A DNA stretch of 18,605 nt from Candidatus Micrarchaeota archaeon (GTDB taxonomy: Archaea > Micrarchaeota > Micrarchaeia > Anstonellales > Bilamarchaeaceae), in NCBI GenBank assembly GCA_043821365.1, contig JBDRCX010000004.1, positions 1 to 18,605 of the forward strand. The letters run 5' to 3'. A model generated the notes under the pieces. The model did no database searches. It was given only the letters and a program-made list of their open reading frames with translations, and had not been told where the DNA came from. Position numbers and translations under genes: made by a program. Shown piece by piece: positions 1 through 8,840 of the stretch (position 1 is its first letter; each line of letters opens with the position of its first letter).

Positions 1-997
<997 letters not shown>

Positions 998-1244
998 TAA
1001 TCTCAGTTGATCGTGCATTCTAAACACGAATTTGGTACGATAATTTTATATCTAATTTCCTTATAGAAATTGACATTGCACGGATCATTTACTCTTGAAG
1101 CATGAGTCAAATCTATAAGTAATAGATTTCCACATTTAATGACAAATTTTTTGTAAGATTTGTCAGAAGAGAAATACAATTTCCCTTAGATGACACATTC
1201 TGTGGCATTGAATTGCACTGAATGCGCAGAGGATATATAGCGAT

Positions 1245-1265
1245 GAACCTATTTATAAAGCTTTC
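1245..1265 (-). promoter_or_regulatory. 16S rRNA promoter (BRE + TATA)
   Basis: Minus strand reads GAAAGC-TTTATAAATA-GGTTC, about 250 nt upstream of the mature 16S, and matches the 23S promoter at 17/21 positions. Confidence 0.75.
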
Positions 1266-1368
1266 GTCTTATCCTCAGTAAAACTCAGATAAATTTACTT
1301 AATTGATAATTTAGGTTAAAACCACAAAATAACCAAAGTAATTAAAATAAACGCCATGGGTTAACATT

Positions 1369-1965
1369 ATGGACGATGATAAAATAGTCCTTGATCGTAA
1401 AAGTTTCGAAGCACTTGCAGTTGATAGTAGAGTACGAATTTTGAAATCATTAGAAAAAAGAAGAAAAACACTTTCTGAATTAGCTAAAGAACAAAAAATG
1501 TCAATCTCAGGTGTTAAGGAACACCTTGAAACACTTGAGAATGTTGGGCTAATTGAAAAAATTGATGATGGTCACAAATGGAAATATTATGAGCTAACAA
1601 GAAAAGGAAGGGAGATAGTTGCACCAAAAGAAATACGTGTTTGGATCTTACTTATCATATCCATGTTTGCTCTAGTTATTTCATTGAATAGCATGATCTC
1701 AATGCAAGAAGTACAAACTGCAGATGAACCAATCAGAGCATATGATGAACAATTTATGGTAGCTAGCACATTTGACAATAATACTGAAAATCTTGCTTTG
1801 AATACCGGCGTACAAAGTAAAACAACAAACAAAACAGAAATAGTACAAGATGATATTCCAGAACACACAGGTTTAGTAGAGATAATTATATGGATAAGTT
1901 CTTTGACAATGTTTGGTTGTATAATAGTTTTGATAAAGAACCGACTGAATCTTACCCCCAAATAA
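1369..1965 (+). CDS. Membrane-anchored ArsR-type winged-HTH transcription regulator
   Basis: Residues 1-85 follow the ArsR/wHTH pattern (ALAVDSRVRILKSL...TLSELAKE...VKEHLETLENVGLI...KWKYYELT), followed by a TM helix (VWILLIISMFALVISL), a polar loop and a C-terminal TM helix. Confidence 0.85.
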   Translation: MDDDKIVLDRKSFEALAVDSRVRILKSLEKRRKTLSELAKEQKMSISGVKEHLETLENVGLIEKIDDGHKWKYYELTRKGREIVAPKEIRVWILLIISMFALVISLNSMISMQEVQTADEPIRAYDEQFMVASTFDNNTENLALNTGVQSKTTNKTEIVQDDIPEHTGLVEIIIWISSLTMFGCIIVLIKNRLNLTPK

Positions 1966-1979
1966 TATCAATACTTTTT

Positions 1980-2009
1980 TAAAGTATATTACATAAATAA
2001 TCACTAATA
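1980..2009 (+). promoter_or_regulatory. Shared upstream motif TAAAGT-N16-CACTAATA (copy 1)
   Basis: Same two blocks with identical 16-nt spacing as at 8798-8769 upstream of the other orphan gene; the spacer is TATA-like. Confidence 0.5.
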
Positions 2010-2028
2010 GAAACAATCTGGTGTGGGG

Positions 2029-3144
2029 ATGGGTACTTTAAAACGACTTGAATTTAAAAAAGTAGATGTTGATCCATCAGCCTTAGCCAAACAAATTAGT
2101 GCTAAGTATTTACCATGTGGAACAGACAGGATAATTGATGAAATAACCAGAACTCACACAAGAAATATTGCAGTTTCTCATCCTGAAAAATTTGCTAGAC
2201 AACACGCGCTTAGGAAGTTGAAACATGATCATAAAACTTTAATAGACGTCATACTAACTTCTGAATTCGAAGATACTGTTTCTGAAGCCAAAGGATATAT
2301 TATGGAATTGGTAGAGCACATAAAGGATCCAAAAACATTATTTTTCATTAGTAGTTTAGGAGTAACAGATGCAGATAAAGTAATAATTGCAAGGTATATG
2401 GCAGTTCTTGAACCACGAGACACTGAGATGTTACGTTTCATTGTCCTAAATGCTGAAAATAGAGTGGTAATAGAAAATACCATATTGGCAATTAGAAACC
2501 TTGGACAATACGATGTTATTGCAGACATAAATGCAAATGCAAAATTTTTAGCAGAATATAGTGAAACTGGTTTTGATACATTTACCTATGATTTTACATT
2601 AACAGTATTAGAAGCAAATATTGATTCAATTACATCAGAAACAGCATTAATTGCAATTGTAAATGAAACAAAGAACCAACCATTACGAAGAATTGCAGCA
2701 GCAAAATTAGCAGATATGGTAGATGTATCAGATGAAATAAATCTTTTTGCAAATGCTAATCTTGAACTGTTGATTTGTGTTGTTCTTTACCATGTCCATG
2801 ATAAAAAATGGGAACACACAGTTGGGATATTGTCAACTATATGGGCGGATACCATATTAGAACGTCTAGAAACAGAGATGCCACCAGATTATATGAGTGC
2901 TTTGTGTTTGGCTTGTTATTCAGACGACCCAGAACATAGGAAAACAGCATACAATGCATTGCCATTAACTTATGCAGAAGAAGTTGCTATTAGAAGTAAA
3001 TACTTAGATAGTGCAACAACAGCACTAGATAGATTTGATCCAGAACGAGATACTCCGACTCTCAGAAGAATCTCAGAGCAAGCAACAATAGCAAGTATAC
3101 GTGAAATGGCACTTGAAAAGTGGTTTTTTACTGCTGGTTTTTAA
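2029..3144 (+). CDS. Hypothetical protein, predicted largely alpha-helical
   Basis: Long uninterrupted ORF (track start GTG 2023, ATG at 2029) with no recognisable catalytic motif; overlaps the 3' end of sufU tail-to-tail by 17 nt. Confidence 0.8.
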   Translation: MGTLKRLEFKKVDVDPSALAKQISAKYLPCGTDRIIDEITRTHTRNIAVSHPEKFARQHALRKLKHDHKTLIDVILTSEFEDTVSEAKGYIMELVEHIKDPKTLFFISSLGVTDADKVIIARYMAVLEPRDTEMLRFIVLNAENRVVIENTILAIRNLGQYDVIADINANAKFLAEYSETGFDTFTYDFTLTVLEANIDSITSETALIAIVNETKNQPLRRIAAAKLADMVDVSDEINLFANANLELLICVVLYHVHDKKWEHTVGILSTIWADTILERLETEMPPDYMSALCLACYSDDPEHRKTAYNALPLTYAEEVAIRSKYLDSATTALDRFDPERDTPTLRRISEQATIASIREMALEKWFFTAGF

Positions 3145-3511
3145 CAATAATCTTTATTGCATCAAAAGGTAAAAGAGCGCATTTTAATCTTGAAGGATTT
3201 TTACTAAGATCAATTTTCAATAAATGTAGTATGTCTTCTTTTTTGATCTGTTTTAATACACTGAATTTTTTACCTTTTAAATATTCAGTAAATAGGGATG
3301 TGCTTGCCTGACTGATGGCACAACCAGAACCAACAAATTTTACATCACTTATTTTTCCATTTTCTACTTTTAAAAATAATTCTATTTGATCTCCACAAGT
3401 TGCATTATGGATTTTAGTTTGGTAATTTGAGTTTTTTATTTTACCAAAATTCAACGGATTTTTGTAAAGTTCAATAATAAATTCCTGATAAATATCTTCC
3501 AGATCAAACAC
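3128..3511 (-). CDS. sufU: SufU/IscU-family Fe-S scaffold / sulfur-transfer protein
   Basis: NATCGD, GCAISQAS and RLKCALL supply the three conserved Cys plus Asp. Start uncertain (GTG 3511 or CTG 3502). Confidence 0.92.
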   Translation of the reverse strand: MFDLEDIYQEFIIELYKNPLNFGKIKNSNYQTKIHNATCGDQIELFLKVENGKISDVKFVGSGCAISQASTSLFTEYLKGKKFSVLKQIKKEDILHLLKIDLSKNPSRLKCALLPFDAIKIIVKNQQ

Positions 3512-3836
3512 CCACAAGACCATCTATTATTGATGGTGCTAAAAAGTATAAACCAAATCCAATAAGACCACCTAAAAATGCCAGTAAACCAACTAAACCA
3601 CAGAGAATAATCCCAATTTTGATTATTGTTTGTGCAGTTTTAACAAAAAAATGTACAACTGCCGCAATTGCCAGAAGTAAAAGACCCAAACCAAACAAAA
3701 GTACTGAACCAAAAAGCATGGTACTCCTAGTAGTTTCTTCTAGGTTTTCAATTGCACCTTTTATGTTAGATGATGACGATACTGCCAGGACTGTACCGAA
3801 TAATAGAATAACCACAAACAAATATTTTATTTCCAT
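3504..3836 (-). CDS. Small membrane protein, TrbC/VirB2-like pilin candidate (110 aa)
   Basis: N-terminal signal-like hydrophobic segment (YLFVVILLFGTVLA), an amphipathic helix, then two Gly-rich TM helices ending IGFGLYFLAPSIIDGL. ATG 3836 follows a GGTGA SD that overlaps the sufS stop. The pilin assignment is from pattern recall only. Confidence 0.6.
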   Translation of the reverse strand: MEIKYLFVVILLFGTVLAVSSSSNIKGAIENLEETTRSTMLFGSVLLFGLGLLLLAIAAVVHFFVKTAQTIIKIGIILCGLVGLLAFLGGLIGFGLYFLAPSIIDGLVGV

Positions 3837-3840
3837 AATT

Positions 3841-5058
3841 TCACCCAAACATTTTCCTAATCTTTATAAGAGAATCAATCAAAAGATCTATTTCGGATTT
3901 ATTATTATAAAGATAAACACTTGCCCTGGTACTTGCAACAATACCAAGCTTTTCATGTAAAGGCATTGCACAATGATGACCACTACGAACACACAGATTG
4001 TTTTCAGCTAATATGGCCGAGACATCATGTGGATGAATATTATCCAATGTAAATGATACTAAACTGCACTTGTTTTTCGTATTGGTTGAACCAAGAACTT
4101 TGACAAACTCCAGCTCAGTCATTTTTTTCAATGCATATCCAATAAGTGATCTATCATGCTCATAGATATTTTCCATACCAACATTGTTCAGGTAATCAAT
4201 TGCTGCTCCTAGCCCCACAACAGCAGAAACTTCAGGTGTACCTGATTCAAATTTATGCGGCACATCTGCCCAAGAACTCTCTTTTTCAGATACTTTCCTA
4301 ATCATTTGACTTCCATAAACAGCAGGATCCATACTTTCTAGTATGTCTTCTTTTCCATAAAGAACACCAACACCAAAAGGACCAAGCATTTTATGACCGG
4401 AAAATGCCAAAAAATCACAATCAGATTTCCTAACATCCGTAGGTAACGATGGGACTGATTGTGCACCATCTAGAACACAAATTGCGTCGTTCTCATGTGC
4501 TATTTTAGACAATTGTTTTGTATTATTTACAATACCAAGAACATTGGATATTGCAGAAACAGTCACAAGTTTTGCACCTTTGCATTTTCTTTCAAAATCA
4601 TTAATGTTTATTTCTCCTTTGCTATCAACATCAACAACTTCAAATTTGGCATTTTTTGATTTTGCTAAAAATTGCCATGGGACAAAGTTACTATGATGTT
4701 CTGCAATTGTGGTAACGATCTTATCGTTCTTTTTGATAAATTTCTCACCCCAACCACGCATTATGGAATTTATTGATGCAGTCGTATTTGCAGTGAAAAT
4801 AATTTCATTCTGATCTCTTGCATTAATGAATTTTTTTACTTTTTCCCTTGTTTTCTCGTATTCTGCTGTTGCATTCTCAGCAAGGCCATACAATCCACGT
4901 GATATATTTGAGTTTTTATTAGTGTAAAAATCAGTCAGAACATCAATAACTTGTTTTGGTTTTTGAGAAGTTGCTGCTGAATCAAGATAAACCAAACTTG
5001 GATTTGAATTAAAAATAGGGAAATCTTTACGTATTTTTTCAGTGTCAATCATTTTCAT
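3841..5058 (-). CDS. sufS: Group II cysteine desulfurase SufS
   Basis: YLDSAATSQKP, DGAQS, PLP-lysine motif FSGHKMLGP and catalytic RSGHHCA. Confidence 0.97.
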   Translation of the reverse strand: MKMIDTEKIRKDFPIFNSNPSLVYLDSAATSQKPKQVIDVLTDFYTNKNSNISRGLYGLAENATAEYEKTREKVKKFINARDQNEIIFTANTTASINSIMRGWGEKFIKKNDKIVTTIAEHHSNFVPWQFLAKSKNAKFEVVDVDSKGEININDFERKCKGAKLVTVSAISNVLGIVNNTKQLSKIAHENDAICVLDGAQSVPSLPTDVRKSDCDFLAFSGHKMLGPFGVGVLYGKEDILESMDPAVYGSQMIRKVSEKESSWADVPHKFESGTPEVSAVVGLGAAIDYLNNVGMENIYEHDRSLIGYALKKMTELEFVKVLGSTNTKNKCSLVSFTLDNIHPHDVSAILAENNLCVRSGHHCAMPLHEKLGIVASTRASVYLYNNKSEIDLLIDSLIKIRKMFG

Positions 5059-5782
5059 CGCCTAGATAAGAAGAATATCCTTTTTTCTCAATTTCATCTG
5101 CAAGTTTTGCATTTCCAGACTTGACTATTTTTCCCCCTGCTAGAACGTGAACGTTATTAGGACGAATATATTTCAGAATTCTTGGGTAATGGGTAACTAT
5201 AAGAAAAATTCTTTTTCCGTCATTCATTTTCTTTATTGCTTTTGCAATTATTTTTATTCCATCAACATCAAGTCCAGAATCAATCTCATCGAGAATTACA
5301 ACTTTGGGATTTAATGAGAGCATTTGAACTATTTCCATTCTTTTTTTCTCACCACCAGAAAAACCAACATTAAGTTCCCTTGATATGAATTTTTCACCAA
5401 GTCCAACATTCTTACTTGTTTTTACAAGTTTGGTGTGGTCTTCAACCATTTTGTCTAAATTTTGTTTATTTTTATTGGCCTTCCTTAATAGACTGCTAAT
5501 TTTTACCCCTTCAATTTCTTCTGGATTTTGGAATGCAAGAAAAAAGCCATTTTTAGCTCTAGCGTCTGCTTTTAATTTTATTATTTCTTTTCCTTCAAAT
5601 TCTATGCTTCCACTTGTCTCTAAAGAAGGATCACCCATCAATGCATTACATAATGTGCTTTTACCACTGCCATTGGGACCCATAAACGCATGAATTTGGC
5701 CTTGTTCAAGTGTAAGATCAATGCCTTTGATTATTTCTTTTTGATTTGTGAAAACATGAAAATTAGTAATATTAAGAACCAT
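5045..5782 (-). CDS. sufC: Fe-S assembly ABC-type ATPase SufC
   Basis: Walker A GPNGSGKST, FLAFQNP, signature LNVGFSGGEKKR, Walker B ILDEIDSGLD and H-loop IVTHY. ATG 5782 overlaps the lrp stop (TGATG). Confidence 0.97.
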   Translation of the reverse strand: MVLNITNFHVFTNQKEIIKGIDLTLEQGQIHAFMGPNGSGKSTLCNALMGDPSLETSGSIEFEGKEIIKLKADARAKNGFFLAFQNPEEIEGVKISSLLRKANKNKQNLDKMVEDHTKLVKTSKNVGLGEKFISRELNVGFSGGEKKRMEIVQMLSLNPKVVILDEIDSGLDVDGIKIIAKAIKKMNDGKRIFLIVTHYPRILKYIRPNNVHVLAGGKIVKSGNAKLADEIEKKGYSSYLGDEND

Positions 5783-6198
5783 CAATACACCTTTTCAACT
5801 AATGAGATTGGACAAAAATCCCTTACACCCTTTATCTTTTCTATATGAGATATCACTCCATTGACAACTCCAGCAGGACCAACTAATTCTATTGTAATTG
5901 CATATGGTCCAGTTGTTTGGTAAACAGCTGTGACCATAGAAAGTTTGTTAACTGAACTTAGAACAGAACGATAACTTTCCTTAGTAGTATTAATAGCAAC
6001 CAAAGCACGCTTCCAACCTATTTTTGATTGGTTTAGAATTATCGTACTACCGATTATGATTCCAATTGATTTTAGGCGTCTAATTCGCTTTTGTACTGCT
6101 GGTTGGCTTACCCCTAATTTTTTTGCAATTTTCGCAAGAGTAATTCTTGAATCCGTAAGTAAAAGATGGATAATTTTTAGATCGGATTGGTTTATCAT
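5782..6198 (-). CDS. Lrp/AsnC-family transcription regulator
   Basis: N-terminal HTH DLKIIHLLLTDSRITLAKIAKKLGVSQPAVQKRIRRL; C-terminal RAM-like domain with VYQTTGPY. Confidence 0.92.
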   Translation of the reverse strand: MINQSDLKIIHLLLTDSRITLAKIAKKLGVSQPAVQKRIRRLKSIGIIIGSTIILNQSKIGWKRALVAINTTKESYRSVLSSVNKLSMVTAVYQTTGPYAITIELVGPAGVVNGVISHIEKIKGVRDFCPISLVEKVY

Positions 6199-6252
6199 TG
6201 TTTATTTTATTAACCTTAATGGTTTAAAAATATAACTTATAAATTTTCCATT
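6199..6252. promoter_or_regulatory. Bidirectional promoter between lrp-suf operon and sufB
   Basis: 54-nt spacer with palindromic TTTAAA at 6223-6228, exactly 24 nt from each ATG, and the inverted repeat AACC-N5-GGTT at 6212-6224. Confidence 0.65.
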
Positions 6253-7569
6253 ATGCATCTTGATGAGCAGATAATAGAGAATATTTCTTCAACAAAAAAA
6301 GAACCAGTGTGGATGAAAAAGCGAAGGCTTGAAGCATACTCGGAATATTTAGAAACCCCCATGCATAAATTTGGGCCTGATCTATCAAAATTAGACTTTG
6401 ATGAAATTGAATGGTATCTTTCTGGACCACAAAAGAAAAAAACATGGGATGATGTTGATCCTGAAATAAGAAGAAAATTTGAAAAACTTGGAATACCAGA
6501 AACTGAAAGAAAATTTCTTGCTGGACTAGAAACACAAATCGAATCAGAAACTATTTATGGTAATTTGAAAAAAGAATGGGAAGAAAAAGGAGTAATTTAT
6601 ACAAATATGGATGAGGCACTGGAAAAATATCCTGAGCTATTAAAAAAATATATTGGGAAGGCAATACCTATTAATGATAATAAATTTACAGCACTAAATG
6701 ATGCGGTATGGAGTGGTGGTAGTTTTCTTTATGTTCCAGAAAATTTAGTGTTACAAGCGCCACTACATGCTTATTTTATGATCTCAAAAGAGGGAATAGG
6801 ACAATTTGAACGCACAATTATTATTGCAGAGAAAAACAGTAAAGTAACTTATATTGAAGGGTGTTCCGCACCCCTATATCCACGTAGTAATTTGCACACT
6901 GGTGTGGTGGAGATATTTGCAGAAAAAAATGCACACGTTAGGTACATTACGCTTCAAAACTGGTCCAATAATGTGTATAATTTAGTTACACAAAGAGGAA
7001 TTGCAAAACAAAACTCAATGATAGAATGGATAGATGCAAATATGGGTTCCGTTGTTACTCAAAAATACCCTTGTGTAATTCTTGCAGAAGAAGGTGCGAG
7101 AGGCAGAGTAATATCAATGACAACTGCTGGTGAAAACCAGAACATTGATTCTGGTGGAAAGATGGTACATCTTGCACCAAATACGTCTTCAACCATAATA
7201 TCCAAGAGTATAAGCTCAAAAGGAGGGACAAGTACCTTCAGAGCTGATGTTAAAATGAAACCAGAGGCTAGAGACTCGACGTCATTTACAAATTGCCAGG
7301 GATTGATGCTTGACCCAATATCAAAAAATAATTCAGTTCCTAAATTCTATATTGAAAATGGTGATTCTACCATATCCCATGAAGCAAGTGTTGGAAAATT
7401 AGATGAGAGAAAAATTTTCTACCTTATGAGCAGGGGAATCTCAAGAAAAGAAGCAGAAAATTTGTTAGTATTAGGATTTTTTGATTCTTTTATCAAGGAA
7501 TTGCCATTTGAATACGCAGTTGAATTCAATAGATTGTTGACTGTTGAAATGGAGGATAGTGCAATATGA
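6253..7569 (+). CDS. sufB: Fe-S cluster assembly protein SufB
   Basis: FEKLGIPETERKFLAG, AVWSGGSFLYVP, QFERTIIIA, YIEGCSAP, LHTGVVE, TQKYP, SHEASVGK and FYLMSRGIS are SufB hallmarks. Confidence 0.96.
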   Translation: MHLDEQIIENISSTKKEPVWMKKRRLEAYSEYLETPMHKFGPDLSKLDFDEIEWYLSGPQKKKTWDDVDPEIRRKFEKLGIPETERKFLAGLETQIESETIYGNLKKEWEEKGVIYTNMDEALEKYPELLKKYIGKAIPINDNKFTALNDAVWSGGSFLYVPENLVLQAPLHAYFMISKEGIGQFERTIIIAEKNSKVTYIEGCSAPLYPRSNLHTGVVEIFAEKNAHVRYITLQNWSNNVYNLVTQRGIAKQNSMIEWIDANMGSVVTQKYPCVILAEEGARGRVISMTTAGENQNIDSGGKMVHLAPNTSSTIISKSISSKGGTSTFRADVKMKPEARDSTSFTNCQGLMLDPISKNNSVPKFYIENGDSTISHEASVGKLDERKIFYLMSRGISRKEAENLLVLGFFDSFIKELPFEYAVEFNRLLTVEMEDSAI

Positions 7570-7572
7570 AAA

Positions 7573-8742
7573 TTAAAAACGAATTATAATATCTCCTAAA
7601 CGAATCCCCATTTGTTGTCGTCTATCAAAATCAACACTATATGCAGAAAAATCAACTGTTGATAATGGACGACCTAATTCATTTGCTTTATCTATTTCTA
7701 GAATAAGTGTAAGTGCTCTCCTCCAATGTGCTAGAACTGCAAAATCATCTTGAAGTAATTCCATAAGTGAAAGTTCACTGGCAGTGTTTGCAACGAAAGT
7801 TATTGTATTCTTTTGTTCTTGGGTTAATTCAAACCCATGGATCTCTGCCACTGCAGCCAATTCTAATGCGTGACCAATCCAGGATGGTATTGAATTGCAT
7901 TGATTACAAAAAACACCGAAACAAGCTTGTTCTTCATGTGTTCTGGCTGGTCGTCTCATCTTATTAACATTTGAAACCACCTTGGCAAGCAATGCACCAA
8001 TAACAGTTAATGTTTGTAATTGAAGATCAAGAAGTTCCTTCACTTGTTCACGCATGTGTTGCAAACCAGGAATAGATGCTGTTGCAAGAGTTAGACCCTC
8101 AGTTAAATGAAAATCAAAACATAATCTTGGTCTTTCATCATCTGTTTTGTGCACATTAAGTGCAATTTCAACTATTTGTTCTAATGTTAATCTTCTTCCG
8201 CTTAATGTAAATCCAAGTTTTCTATCTGGAGTTAATAGAGCTGCACCAACGAGTAAATGTCCCAAATCATGATATTCTGATGGTGGAAGTTCAACTACTC
8301 TACTATTCAATGCAAGATCCCTAAATGAAAGCCTAGAGCTAGCAATTATTTTATCTGGATGGACTCCAGCAAGTGCACCATATGCAAATGTTTGCCATGG
8401 GTGGTAATCACAAACTCCTGCACCATCCTGCCTTATGCAATGTTCAGAATGATGAGGACGTGATATAAGTGCACTGATCCTATCAGATGCACGAATCCCA
8501 CGGTATTTATAATCACCCAAACCAATCATTAGATGTGCAACATGGCTTGGTTCCATATCTAACAACATTGTATGCAAAACTAAAGTTGGAACATTTGCGT
8601 AGGTAGCTGAGAATTCTCTTAGAGTATCTGGATCAAGTTTCAATCTACTTCCACGCATAGCAGTGCTAAAATCACCCACAGCATTTCTGGTCTTGCGATC
8701 AAGATCTTTCGATGCAGATGGAGCATAGGTACGTCTGGACAT
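7573..8742 (-). CDS. Hypothetical protein with clustered Cys/His motifs
   Basis: 389-aa ORF with GAGG-like SD upstream (ATGAGGTTCAAAAATG) and motifs CDYHPWQTFAY, CFDFHLTEGL, CFGVFCNQC and GHALE. Confidence 0.8.
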   Translation of the reverse strand: MSRRTYAPSASKDLDRKTRNAVGDFSTAMRGSRLKLDPDTLREFSATYANVPTLVLHTMLLDMEPSHVAHLMIGLGDYKYRGIRASDRISALISRPHHSEHCIRQDGAGVCDYHPWQTFAYGALAGVHPDKIIASSRLSFRDLALNSRVVELPPSEYHDLGHLLVGAALLTPDRKLGFTLSGRRLTLEQIVEIALNVHKTDDERPRLCFDFHLTEGLTLATASIPGLQHMREQVKELLDLQLQTLTVIGALLAKVVSNVNKMRRPARTHEEQACFGVFCNQCNSIPSWIGHALELAAVAEIHGFELTQEQKNTITFVANTASELSLMELLQDDFAVLAHWRRALTLILEIDKANELGRPLSTVDFSAYSVDFDRRQQMGIRLGDIIIRF

Positions 8743-8768
8743 TTTTGAACCTCATTATTGTTTATGTT

Positions 8769-8798
8769 TATTAGTGGGAAAATATTAAAAACACTTTA
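8769..8798 (-). promoter_or_regulatory. Shared upstream motif TAAAGT-N16-CACTAATA (copy 2)
   Basis: Minus strand TAAAGT GTTTTTAATATTTTCC CACTAATA; 21/30 ungapped identity to 1980-2009. Confidence 0.5.
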
Positions 8799-8840
8799 GT
8801 TGACCTTTTAAAACAATTAAAAAAATAGATAATAAAAAAA

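Noticed and set aside
1971-1987. Inverted repeat ATACTTT-N3-AAAGTAT as ArsR operator
   Set aside because: Only 7 bp in very AT-rich DNA and no second copy found; too weak to call.
5045-7569. Calling the locus SMS (smsCB)
   Set aside because: SufC lacks the C-terminal cysteines of SmsC, SufB has bacterial SufB-type motifs, and SufS/SufU are present.
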